Positions 47,338 to 60,057 of a stretch of DNA of 64,000 bases are shown here, piece by piece (the first letter of the stretch is position 1; each line of letters opens with the position of its first letter). This DNA is from Podarcis filfolensis (Eukaryota). The stretch lies in NCBI GenBank assembly GCA_964270895.1, contig OZ185443.1; one strand, given 5' to 3'. The notes beneath the pieces were generated by a model. That model was not told the origin of the DNA, did not search any database, and saw nothing but the letters and a program-made list of their open reading frames with translations. Made by a program: the position numbers and the translations under genes.

Positions 47338-49115
47338 TCATAGAATCACAGAACTGAAGAGTTGGAAGGGACATCGAGGATCATCTAGTCCAACCCCCTG
47401 CAATGCAAGAATCTCAAAGCATCCATTACAGATGGCCAACCAACTTCTGCTTCAAAACCTCCCATGAGGAGAGTCCACAACCTGCTGAGGGAGTCTGTTC
47501 CACTGTCAAACAACTCTTACTGTCAGAAAGTTCTTCCCAATGCTTAATGGGTAATGTCTTTCTTGTAGCTTGAATCCACTGGTTTGAGGAGAAAACAAGC
47601 TTGTTCCATTTTCCATGTGACAGCCCTTTAGGTACTTGAATATGACCATAGTATCTCCTCTGTCTCCTCCTTTCCAGGCTAAACATACTGAACTCCCTCA
47701 ACTGTTTCTCATAAGGCTTGGTTTTCAGATCCTTGATCATCTTGGTTGCCCTCCTCTGCACACATTCCAGCTTGTCTTCAGTTGTGGTGCCCAGAACTGG
47801 ACACAGTATTCCAGGTGGGTCTGACCAAGGCAGAATAGAGTGGTACCATGACTTCCCTTGTTCTGGACACTATACTTCTGTTGATGCTAGAATAACATTA
47901 GCTTTTTTTTGCTGCTACATCTCACTGTTGAGTCATGTTAAGCTTGTGGTCTACTAAGAACGCCTAGATTCTTCTCACATGTACTACTGGCAAGCCAGGT
48001 GTCCCCCATCTTCTATTTGTAAAGCTGGTTCTTTCTGTCGAAGTGTAAAAACTTACTTGTCCCTATTGAAATTTTATTTTGTTAGTTTGGGCACAGTTCT
48101 CCAATCTGTTAAGGCAGTGGTTTTCCAGCTTTTTGAGTCCATGGCTCCCTTGACCAACCACATTCTTTCTGTGGCTCCACTGGGGGACCCACTTAAACTA
48201 GGGGTTTCATTACAGGATGCACACAAGTGGGGATTCTCCCGTTCCCCCTCACCCCTGCCCTGCCCCGTCCCACCCCACTCCTTTTCGATGCCGTTTTTGG
48301 CGTGTGTGTAAGTGGGAACACACATGCTGACAGGAACCCAAGCAATGCAGGCACCAGATCAGGGATGGAAACAACCATCTCCCCCCAAAATGGCACACAC
48401 AAGCCACTTCTCCCTCCCTCATTGGAGAGATCTCAGCCTGCATCCCTCTTCCCACGACAGTGACCCCTTCACACCCAGCACAGGCTCTCTGAGGTGCAGA
48501 TTTACTCCCAAGTAAAAGCTTTTTTTCTCCATTATGCCGCCTCAAGCAGCAGATTAGAGGGGCACCATTAACACTCCCTCCCCCCAGCAGTCACTATCAG
48601 CTGGCCTGACCCAGCCAAAGCAGCCAAACAGCAGCAGATCAAAAAGGCAACAGCCTCTGAGAAGCAAGAAGACACTGAAAATTGCTGGCTTACCTACACA
48701 TTAACACCAGACAAGGGCAATCTCTAGTTAGGGACACCAGCAGAGGCATACTTTCCCCTTCTACGGGACATGCTTGTGCTCTACCTGACTCTGAGCTTGT
48801 GGAAGGAGCCTCTATGTAAGAGCACCAGAAATGGAGAGCAGGGGGAGGGGAGAGACTAGGAACCTGGGACTGGGAGGCAGTGAGGAAGAGGAGGACTCTA
48901 GGAAGCAAGACCACTGCAAGGTAAAGACACAGGCTCCTCTGAACGTTCCTTGGAGAGAAAGGGAGAGAGATAATGTAGGAATATATGGGCTGCAAGTTAA
49001 TGAAAGGATGCCTCTGACCCCAGGGCTCCCTTGGATGCTCCTCAAGTCTCCCCAGGGCGCCACGGCACACTGGTTGACAACCAATATGTTAAGGCTATCT
49101 TGAATTCCGATTCTG
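47338..49115 (-). mobile_element. CR1 LINE 3' portion interrupted by a hAT MITE
   Basis: QRRATKMIKDL...PYE..L...SLERRR motif and CR1 tail; CR1-like sequence resumes after 49094. Confidence 0.85.
48115..49086. mobile_element. 972-bp hAT-like MITE
   Basis: cagtggttttcc ... ggttgacaaccaata; 8-bp TSD tgttaagg at 48107-48114 and 49087-49094. Confidence 0.85.
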
Positions 49116-50391
49116 AGATTCTGAAACTCTGAGAACGGCGATGCAAAATCAATGAACTGGGACGGCTTTCAACTTTCCCCCTGCAGAAGTATTAAAGAAA
49201 CTGGAACTAAACTGAAGCAACTATTAAAGTGTTAAAAGATCTGCAAGCTCCATTATTTTATTTTGTACTACTTATTGGTGTTGCAAGTCCCCCATATTAT
49301 GACGGAAAGATGATGAAAGAACAGCATATCTCCTATTCTGTCTTTGCAAATTTAGCAGCACTTAAAAGGATAAAGTAACATTTTGTAAACTCTTGAACAC
49401 ATCCCTGAAGAAACTCATGGGCAGCCTGGTTCTATATGTGTTTACTCAGAAGTAAGCCTTACTGAGTTCAGTAGGGACATACTGCCAAGTAACTGCATAT
49501 CAAATTTTAAACATAGCTTTTTTTTAATCTGATGAAATATCAGTTTTACTTTAACTTATTTATAGTAAGAAGATATAGTTGTTTTATTTATTCATATTTA
49601 TATGATTGTAGACACACATTCTCATTCATACATTCATATTTACATATAATATATTAACCATTCTTACCTTATAAGGCCAGGAACAGAATACATAAGTAAC
49701 TCTTCAGAAATGAAATATGCCTGGGAAGCTCTCAACTGCTATAATTCTGATCACATGAGTGTTGCTAATAGCATTTGAGAAAAGAAAATGCGTCCTATTG
49801 CTCCTCTTTCCTCCTTTCTGGCTTTCAGAAGGCTTTTTGGCAATTATTTTCCAATTCCCCTACTGGACATAACAGCCATCATTCACTCATACCTTCCTAT
49901 TAAGGCTCTAGCAGCTTTAAGGAATGTTCAGCTACCTTCAGAAACCCTTTCCACAATCAATAAAGGAAACATTACTGAAGAATCACACCCTCATTTAGGT
50001 TGCAGGCTCAGAAATATTAAAAAATTCCTTAAACTTCACCATCCACACCACACACTGAAATTGTGAAGAGAAATTTTTGACAAACATTATGAATTTTGGG
50101 ACCTAGACTACTAAAATGTTTTGTGAAAATCCTCATGGTTTTGGTCAACTCAGCTTCACCATCTTTAGCTTAACCTTGGGATCCATTTATTTCAATAAGT
50201 TTAAAACTATTTGATTTATGAGTTGCAGTTCACTGTATGACAGTATCCCCAGGGTCTTGGAGGCTAAATTAGAAATGATAATAAATTGGCAGCGAGCCAC
50301 AGTGCAGTCCACAAAGGCGGCACAAAAGATGGGAAGATAATGGCAATGGTGCTCTGCAGAACTTTTATCTGCCCCATACATTTAGATTTGA

Positions 50392-50784
50392 AGGGGGCCG
50401 GCCCAAAGCATTTTGGCACAAGGTGAACCACAAAATGGCGGCAGGGGCGGCCAGAGAAGGAGAGGTGAGTGAAGATCTATGTTGGGAACAAGGCAGAGAA
50501 TCAAATCAACCTTCCATGAGGCGCTGGGGATGGGGAAGGAGTCCAGTCTGAATCACGTTGGTCAGGTGAAGACTCCAAGAGACACCAGGGGGCAGCCTCC
50601 GTCATTTCCTTCCTAGGGGTGGTTGGAGATCAGCTGCCCCATCCAGAAGGTGGCAGATGCAACGACCTAGGAATGTGCCACAGACGTCATTGCATTCGCC
50701 AGGGACCAGATATGCTACCCCTGTTGATCCTGCCGCCTAAGGTGATTTGGTTGCCTCACCTTGCCTCTTGGGTGGGCCGGCCCT
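50392..50784. mobile_element. hAT MITE
   Basis: agggggccggccc ... gggccggccct; 8-bp TSD agatttga. Confidence 0.82.
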
Positions 50785-51377
50785 AGATTTGACAACGGTC
50801 TTGCAATTTTTATTTAGTGCTCCACTCAAAAATATGCTTTCAGAGTCTTCAAATGCTGTTCATATTTGAAGTAAGAAGTATTTATATTAGCATGAGAAAT
50901 ATGGCCCCTTCAAGCTCAGGAGCATAGATGGCACTTTCAGCCTGCAAAACATTTTGGACTAGCAAACAAGATATGAAGGATTAAAGTTCGATAACTCAGG
51001 GCATGTCTGAAAAGGGAATGACTGTACCACTCATGTGGCTTCAATCCAATAAATACTAGAGCTCCTGGCTTAAATGGGCACTCAAAGTAAGTAGCATATT
51101 TACTGGAACAGGAATTCAAGGCCTTACCATTAAACCAGCCATTCAGCAACGCTGTACCACGAATGTTGCCACCATGCTTTCTGCCAACTCTCCATATCAT
51201 CCTCTAGAACTACCTGCTGTTTGGGAATCATTCTTGCTTCTCCCTATTTATTTTTGCGCAGAGACTATAATCAGAACCTGCATGGCTGAAACAATAATTT
51301 AATTGATGTGTTCATTATACCTACACCCCATTCCTTCTTCAAAGAACCTCGCAGCAGTTCCTGCAAGCCTTAACAGA

Positions 51378-52135
51378 TGTCAGGGCCTGGTGGAGGCCTT
51401 GACAAATGTATGGCGGAGGGGTTTGACCCAGGAGATGGGGCAGCGATTATGGGGTTTTCTGCCACCTGCAAGGCAGGAGCTGGGATGTGGGGAGGGGAGG
51501 AATGGCCACAGCTGTCACAGCTGGAGATGGATATGCAGGATGCATTGGAGGAAGAGGCTGTTCAAGGAAGGCACAGGCCGGTCGAATCTTTGCCAGCCTG
51601 TGTCCTAGAACCAGGAGGGACTTGGAGAGGGAAGAGCAGTGATGGCTTCCATGGAAGAGAAGCCTCGGGTTGCACACGCACACCCCATCAGATGAAGGTG
51701 ATATGAGAAAAAAAACTGCTCCTTTTCCCTTATGGGGTACCAAGAGCCCATATAGAGTCCTTCTGTAGGTTCTCTATCGGTAGGAGAAAATAACAGAGAC
51801 CAACCAGAGAATATTGAGAAGCAAAGCAGCTAGTAAGCCTGATCTTTATTAACTGTTGCAACAGGGTGCTCCCCCACACACAGGAGAGAGGAGGAGGACC
51901 CCAAGCCATGTGTACAAGCCCTCCTATAGACATTTTAAATTTCCTGCCCTGGAGTCCAAGACCACCCCCAGAAACATCATACCTACATCACAGAAAGGCA
52001 GTCTACAACAGAAATCTGAGTGTGTTGTTTTTACCCTGTCTGCCAGGTTACCTGTTAATGGTCACTTGACTGGATTACCTGGGCAGCCTGGCCATTCTTT
52101 TGTAATGAAAATACTCAATTCCTGAGCCAGGTCAC
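51378..52135 (+). mobile_element. Possible solo LTR
   Basis: tgtcaggg ... aggtcaca ends and a purine-rich block; no matching TSD. Confidence 0.35.
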
Positions 52136-52338
52136 AGGCTCACCCTAGTCACACCTTAAATGTGCCCTTAAGGCAGGATTTGTGAGGACAGAGACAATGG
52201 GGAGGTTTCTGCATTTCCTTCGACCTTGTAGAGAAATATTTGAGGTGACTGAAAGAGTCAAAATGGCTTTAGGACTTTTCCTATGGGTTTCAGACATGTG
52301 GTTTATATATTTATATATGTGTTTGCTTGGTACATTTA

Positions 52339-52341
<3 letters not shown>

Positions 52342-52385
<44 letters not shown>
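52342..52385. repeat. (AT)n microsatellite (second run near 52640-52662)
   Basis: Direct reading. Confidence 0.97.
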
Positions 52386-52387
<2 letters not shown>

Positions 52388-53165
52388 CCTAAAAATTCTT
52401 ATCACAAAGGTAAATATGCTTGCTGCGCTGGGAGGTCACAGTCCCACTGATGCTGCAGCTGCTCTGCAGAGCACAGACCTGGGAGCAGCTGCCTAGAGGC
52501 TGGGAGAATCTTGCATGTGTGTCCAGGGCACCGCGGGAGTTGCTGTGAGGGCAGGCGTTTGTCGATAAAGAATTAACTGTCAGGCGTGTGTCTTCCTTGG
52601 CTGGGGTGTGTGTGAGTGCCTAGGACAATGTATTATGGTTATATATATATATATATATATATGACTTTTTGTAATACATTAGAATAAAAGAACAAACTAG
52701 TCTAAACAAAAACAAAGAATCAAGAGAGAAAGAGAAAAAAGAAGAATGATATAAAGTCCTCCTTCACAGGTAGATCTTCGTTTGTCTCACACAGAGAAAG
52801 GTGAGCCCTCCCAGCTCTCACTTGAGAGCCTTCCTTTCTCCTCCCACCTGGGAGTTCTTCCTTTCCCTGCCTCTCACAAAAGGTCCTTCATCACCTTCAT
52901 CTGCATGTTAACCAGGCCTTAAGCCTGGGTTGGGGATCACACACAATACAAAAAATCAAGATGAAAAAGCAAAAGAGACAGAGAAAGAAACAATAGAGAC
53001 ATGGAGACAGAAGGGGGGAGGGGAAGCAAAGGAAGCTGAAGGGGTTAAGCATAAACAAAATTTCCAAAAGAGGTACTTCCAATTTTCCATTGGGTTTATG
53101 CCATTGGAACCATTGGTCAATACGAACGTCTGTCTACTCCACTTTCTGTCAGACACATTTCCTCT

Positions 53166-53331
53166 CAGTGGCGTAGCGTGGGGGGTGCAGGGGGGGCCGG
53201 CCGCACCGGGCGCAACATCTGGGGGGGCGCGCTCGCACTCGCAGCTCTCTGCCCCCTGCTAAAATCCACAGATTAGGGGGCGCAAATTACTTGCCTTGCC
53301 CTGGGTGCTGACAACCCACGCTACGCCACTG
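53166..53331. mobile_element. Young 166-bp hAT MITE
   Basis: Perfect 17-bp TIRs cagtggcgtagcgtggg / cccacgctacgccactg, 8-bp TSD tttcctct, CpGs intact. Confidence 0.93.
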
Positions 53332-54429
53332 TTTCCTCTAAGTTAAAGCATCTCACAGTCATTCATTTCAGTTCCTGATGTGAAAATAAAAAGTTCATTG
53401 TCCATAATGCCTAATTATAATTTCCTTTAATAAAATCATTTGTGCAGACCTAAACAATTTTCCCTAGGTGGGGGAATTTCTGCCCACTTAATTAATGTAC
53501 TTAATTAATGAACTTCCAGCCATAGTGGCTAGTGCTCAGTCAATCTGTCCTGCCTTCAAGAGACACAGCTTTGTCAAAATACACCTCTAAAGGACCCCTT
53601 CTCTTCTTCTGAAGGTAGATGTATAAGTCCCCTTCGCATTAAAAAGTATTGTAAGCCCAAGCGTTACAATACAATCATGGCCACGTCTGCTCAGAAGTAA
53701 GACCCACTGGGGAAGTGTGTGTACATGGAAGATTGCAGTATTGGTCTCCTTTGCATTCCGTGTAACTTAAAAAACCACGATTCTGCTTATTCTGCAAGCA
53801 AAATGACACTTTTTATAAGAAGTCTACATTTCTTGAGAAGATTTTTCCCAAATAGTAACTATACTATGTTACTTATCTAAGCAACTGATCCGGTGTCTTT
53901 TTAACATGACTTCAGGAAACTGCCACTCAGCACAAAAGAGTTTTCTCTGGCAGATGAAAGCAGGACCACCCATCACACTATGTTAATACAGTAATGTCAT
54001 TGCACTGCAAGTTGCAGCCCACACCCAATTTAAAAAAAAAACAAAACGATGGCAGAGAAAAATGTAGATAACAGCCAAAGACACTGTGAACAAAATCAAG
54101 ATCAAAATCGGGTTGGGTTTAAACCAGAAAAATCAAAGGGAGGCAAATTAACGTTTTCCCATAATACTCAGATAAGGTGCTACACATTATTTTTTAAAAA
54201 AAATTTAACCTGGGTGGAGTGGCATGACCAGTGGCAAACATTTGCTATGCAGCAAAGAAATGCAAAGACACTGAATTGAATGCAGTAGCAGCCAACAGCA
54301 ACAGCTATCTAGTGCAGGGCTATAGATATTTCTGGTAGGGGCACCTCCGAGTGCCTCAGGCGAGTAGCAAAGGCTGGCATAGATTTCTGCAAGAGCGCTC
54401 TGTAAAGACTGGAAACTGAGGCACATCTG

Positions 54430-55300
54430 ATGAGCCATGGAAGTTTATTTGTTGCTCAAGGTTTGTCTCCTACATACCCCAAAGCAACCTATTGTGGTCG
54501 TGTTGGACTTTGATTGGGAAGATGAGAGTTCATATCACTATTCAGCCACGATAGAAATTAGGGTGTGTTTCATGGTCCCCCCACATAGTCCCACTTTTGA
54601 TGGTGAAATGGTCCCCTCATTCCCCTTTATCTGGCATGATAAAAGGGCTAATTTGATAAGCCACTGCATTTAAAAGAGGCTTTCATTGGGCAGGGATTTG
54701 GCTGTCAACAAAACCAATAGGACTGTAAACAGTTAATTAATTTTAATGATATCTGAATTTACCAGCAGGCTATTAGACAGAATGTGCTCATTAACTGTCC
54801 CTTCCTGGATGTCACCAGCCCATACCAATTAACTGATCTTTAGGCATTTGTGTGTCTTATGAGGCTTCCACGGTTGCCGAGGCAAAGTGTGGTTCTAAGA
54901 TCCCACAGATATCACCCATACAAGTTAAGCAGATTAATATTGACCAAGAAAAAAATTCTTTACAAATTGGGTTTATGCCATTTAGATTGCTTACGGTTGA
55001 GAAGCTGGATGTTTTTATGGAGGCGAGGATGGTGGTAAGAGACTTTACAGCTTGATTTTACCATAACCCCTGCCCCTAGAATTTATGGTTTGATTTTCTC
55101 CAATATTGTTGAAGACAATCAAATAGGAGGTCAAATAGGAGGTTATGCTTATATCAGTAAAGGTAAGGCTGTTTGGACTTAGAATGCTTTTTAGCTACAA
55201 TATGTACAAGCTACTAAAACTATATATTTTTTAACAAAAGCTGAAGTAAAAACTGAAAGAGACTAAAAATATATCCCTTTAATTTAACTGACATGGTACC
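54430..55300 (+). mobile_element. Heavily degraded L1-clade ORF2 3' region
   Basis: Pieces such as KIPQISPIQVKQINIDQEK and WFDFLQY resemble the L1 C-terminus at 6276 and 57453; weak. Confidence 0.45.
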
Positions 55301-56160
55301 ATAAACTTAGCAGACATGGCAGGATCTAAATTTGACATTAATTGTAACATGTACCAATACTAATAGAACAAATTGATTAATGAAATAGAAAAAGACCACA
55401 AAATTTGAAGGATCGGTAAATACAGCATTGCTAAACAAAGGGAAAGGAGGACAGACAGAAACCTAAACACAAGATTATTGAGCAAAGGTTTAAAAAGCAG
55501 TTATTACTTAACATTTTCATCAGATCACTTAAAATTTCTTTGCATAACGTGAAGTCGTTTCCTCCCATAATGTCCCGTTTTAGGACATTTAATGAACCCA
55601 ACATGGGAACAGATGAAAAGATGAGCTGATACAGAAAGGAAGAGGCTTATTCTTCAGGGGCAGAGAGCACATTTGGCCCCCAAGTGGAGATATTTCCAAA
55701 CTGTGTCTCCGAATGGGTCCTTGTGAATGAATGGCTGCCATGAATATATATGGGGAAATAATGACCTGCTTCACCCGTGGCTGAGAAAATGCAGGCAGCC
55801 CTCACAGAAAGGGGACTGCAAGCAATGCACATCTCACCCCTGGCAATCTGCAAGCCCCACACAGAAGCCCCACCCACTGTAATAATGAGAAATAAAAACA
55901 GGAATTTAGTAGAATTGAAGTCTGACAGACTGCATACTTGCCAGCACTTACTTTTTCTTTTTCAGTCCTTGTTCCTTTGCATCCCTTGTTCTTCAGACGA
56001 AAGTCTCTCTGCCATTCTTCCCAAGATGTGTCACGCTCTTTTATACATCTCTCCTCAGAGGGTTAAATGACCTTAATTTCAGTGACCTGGTTGGCTGAGC
56101 AATGCAATACGCCCACATTCTCTTTCTCCAAGGACAAATCTTTCATTTGAGGTTTTTATC

Positions 56161-56272
56161 AGAGGTTGGGTGGCCATCTGCCATGGACGCTTTAGCTGAG
56201 ATTCCTGCATAGCAGGGGGTTGGACTAGATGACCATGGGGTCCCTTTCAAATCTAGAGTTCCATGATTTTAT
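56161..56272 (+). mobile_element. CR1 3' tail
   Basis: gattcctgcatagcagggggttggactagatgacc...tctagagttccatgattttatga. Confidence 0.8.
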
Positions 56273-57365
56273 GAAATGGAGACAGAAGTCTCTTTGGCTC
56301 AGTGTTCCTTGACTAGTTTCAAGAGTCACTTCTACTCTCACATTCTTTTCTCCTAGAAGTAGATCACGTATCCTAGAAATATTTTTTCTTGTGTTGCTTG
56401 GCATGGACATACGAGGAAGTTGGCTCAGCTGTGAGAAGACAAATTCATTACAGGAGATTGGTTCGTTATTCACCCAACTGAGTAGCACTCTTACATTCTT
56501 TACATTTTTAAAGAAAGTAAAACAAGTTGTGTGTATTCTATATGTTCTAGGTAATTTTCCAGTTGATATTATTTTTACCAGGGACTGACTTAATTCTCAG
56601 AACATGAACATGAACATTTCCAATTTCAAAAACTGGAAATGCTTAATCTTTCACCTTTATTTCACCTAGAAGCAGTCACATCATCTAAAGGTCATTTTTC
56701 TTGGGCCTGAGGTATGAGGACTTGGGAGGTGGCTCAGTAGAGACAAGACAAATCAGTTACTAAAGACTGATTTACTACCCATTTGAATAGCTCTCCTACA
56801 GTCATTAAACATTTTTTTTAAAGAAAAAACAATATTAATGATATGTTCTGGGCAATTTTCCCATTGATATAAATTTCACCAATGACTGGTTTGATTCTCA
56901 AACCATGAACCCATCCCTGCTGAGAACAATGCAGTGTTTTGTATTATGCAATTAGAGTGTATAAAGTTAGACAAATTACAAAGACAGGCTTTCTTAACTT
57001 TATGATGGAAGAGCAGGACACCCCACCTCTAAATGTGGAAAGTTTCTATCAAAGGCAGTATCAGTCCTGCTTCTCGAAACTTTATTTTACCAGAGGAGAA
57101 ACCTCCAAATTTGTTTCTTTAAAAAATTGATTGAAGTGACATTTCAGGGACAATGCTCACTTTAATCAGCAGTATAAAATTAATCCACGCCAACAGTATA
57201 AAACTTGCACATTCATAAATGACAGGAATCCCAATATTTATGGATCTTACATAAAGGTTGAAGAGATATTATTGTAGTATCCTCCCGAAAGGGGCTGATG
57301 TCCAGCATGCATAATTCAATGATTAAAAAAAACCCTGCCAATTTAATGTTGGCTGAAGCACCGCA

Positions 57366-58200
57366 AAAAATAAATGTTGGAAATGTAAAGGGACTGAAGG
57401 TACATTCTTTCACCTTTGGTGGACATGCCCAAGGATTAAGACTTTCTGGGAGATGATCTATAATGAAATGAAAAAGGTATTTAAATATACCTTCTTGAAG
57501 AAACCAGAGGCCTTTCTCCTGGGCATGGTCGGCCAATTGGTGCCAAAGAAGGATAGAACATTCTTTATGTATGCAACAACAGCAGCAATAATACTTATTG
57601 CAAAGTACTGGAAGACACAAGATCTACCCACCCTGGAAGAATGGCAGATGAAGGTGATGGACTACATGGAACTGGCGGAAATGACTGGCAGAATCCGAGA
57701 TCAGGGAGAAGAGTTGGTGGAAGAAGAGTGGAAGAAATTGAAAGTTTATTTACAGAAACATTGTAAAATTAAGGAATGTTAGAAGGATGTTGGAATGAAG
57801 TAATGTGGTTTTAGCAGAAATGTTATAAAGGATTAAGAAAAAACAGATTGTTAATTGGTGAAAGGAGGGAAAGTAAAGTTACATTATATTAAGATAAATT
57901 ATAGGACAAAAACTGGAAAAGATGGAAAGGACTTGCTGAAATAGCTAACTGAACTAGAATACAAAAAAGGGAGGTGTGAGGAGGTCAAGGAAACAAGCAA
58001 ATGAAAGATAAGTTATGGGAAGGTTCGTTGTGTTTTTTAATTGTTTCTATTTTTCTGTTTTTTCTTTCTTTTTCTTTTTCTTTTTCTTTCTTTTTCTTTA
58101 TTGTGATGTGTTGTTTTGCTTTTGCTTAATTTGGTGTTTTTTCTTTTTTCTTTTTGTAACCTTTAAAACTTTAATAAATATTACTTTTAAAAAAACAAAA
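57366..58200 (+). mobile_element. L1-clade LINE 3' end
   Basis: NKCWKCKGTEGTFFHLWWTCPRIKTFWEMIY...IAKYWK...EEW, stop at 57782, 3' UTR with aataaa and A-rich tail. Confidence 0.9.
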
Positions 58201-58325
58201 CACCTCAGGGATCAGTCATGATATTCAATTCAAAGTATTCAATTGCTTTAGTTTTTGTATAATTGCTTTTTTAATAATTGCCCCAAAGTTCATGTTCTTT
58301 CATTTTTCTAAGTTCTTCACCAAAG

Positions 58326-58942
58326 AAACTCCAGCGGGTGCAGAATGCAGCAGCAAGGCTCCTCACGGGGTCTCTGCCATGGGAGCATATTCACCCAGTG
58401 CTTTTCCAGCTGCACTGGCTCCCGGTGGAGTATAGGGTCAGATTTAAGGTGCTGCTTTTGACCTTTAAAGCCCTTCACGGCCTAGGACCCTCGTACCTAC
58501 GGGACCGCCTCTCCTGGTATGCCCCACGGAGACCCTCAAGGTCCATAAATAACAACACCCTCGTGGTCCCGGGCCCTAAGGAAGTTAGATTGGCCTCAAC
58601 CAGAGCCAGGGCCTTTTCAGTGATGGCTCCGGCCTGGTGGAATGCTCTCTCTCATGAGACCAGGGCCCTGCAGGATCTGATTTCTTTCCACAGGGCCTGT
58701 AAGACAGAGTTGTTCCGCCTGGCCTTTGGCTTGGAGCCACTTTGATTCCCTCCCCCTCTTTCTTTTTTCTTTTTCCTTTCTCCTTCTGTGATGAGGCTGC
58801 ATTTTAATATTTTAATGTTTCAATATTTTAATGTTGTATTTTAATCTTGTTTTTAAGTTGTATTCGTTCAGCTTATTTTTATTATTGCTTCTTAGCCGCC
58901 CTGATCCCGGCCTTGGCTGGGAAGGGCGGGGTATAAATAAAA

Positions 58943-58984
<42 letters not shown>
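58326..58984 (+). mobile_element. L2 LINE 3' end (same family as 60058-63077)
   Basis: KLQRVQNAAARLLTG...LHWLPVEYRVRFKVLL...FRLAFG, (TAT)n tail. Confidence 0.93.
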
Positions 58985-58986
<2 letters not shown>

Positions 58987-59099
58987 AGGTGCTACCAATT
59001 CATAGTATGTTTCCAACCTTTTATCTTTGTTTTTTTTAATTGAAGCAACTGCACCCCCTCCTTTCTCATGTTCAAACACATTTCATAATTAATATGAAG

Positions 59100-59530
59100 T
59101 CCAGAAAGCAATGCAAAGTCCTCCCATTTTGACATTACACTTTGGCCTTTTCCAGACTTAAGAACGTTAAAGCAATGTCATCCACAGATTCAATATCTAT
59201 TGTGTATTCTCTATCTGTATTCCTTTATCCCTCTAGTACCTCTTATAATGTTTGCTAATGGTTTCCCTGAAAATGCAGTGGAGATAATAGACAGCCCTGT
59301 TTTGTTTCCCACCTCAGGTGTTAAGTCCAGATCATTTGTCTACACCACCATCCTACTATCCTTGTACAGTTGTTTAAGTAGAGGTTTAAACATATTATCC
59401 ATCTGCATACTTTTACATAACTCTAGCAGGAAATTCCATTCTACACTATCAAAAGCTTTGGCAGAGTCAAGAGATATAATTGCTAATGGCTTCCTTGTTT
59501 CCTTGCTAATATAAATGGTATTTATCTGTA
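59100..59530 (-). mobile_element. Degraded L1 reverse-transcriptase fragment
   Basis: Minus strand reads KPLAIISLDSAKAFDSVEWNFL...KQLY...PLANIIR. Confidence 0.75.
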
Positions 59531-60057
59531 TAGAATCTGCAATGTGGCTCCTTAAGGTCCATTCTCTCCAAGTTTATGGTTCTTTATCTTTAAAGCACAT
59601 TTGGACTGAACAGCCCTTCAGAGTCCAGTTTGCTCTCTGACATGCTCTTAAACAGAGAAGTAAAGATGGTGGCCATGACTGGAAGCTTGGCAGCAGGCAT
59701 TTCACTACACGGAGCACCCAAAATAAATGTTTAGAAATGGAAAATGGAATCACCTGGTAAAATAGGAGAGGAAGAAGGAAAATGGAGTCACTAGAGCGAT
59801 GGGGGCAGGGGTGGGCCACCCAAGGGCAGTGAGGGAATAGGAGAGGTTGGTGAACTGCTCAGGGGGGTGGAGTACTGGGGAAGGAAAGAAGGAAAGGCAG
59901 AACACAGTGGGAGAAACTGGTGTTGCAGGGAGTTGATTAGGAAAAAGTGGCCTCAAATGGGCATTCCCATTCCCATACTGCTGCTTTGAAAATCAAGCAA
60001 ATGTACTTGGAAAAGGAGCACTAACCATTTTCTCTTATGCCATTTCCCCAGTGTAGA

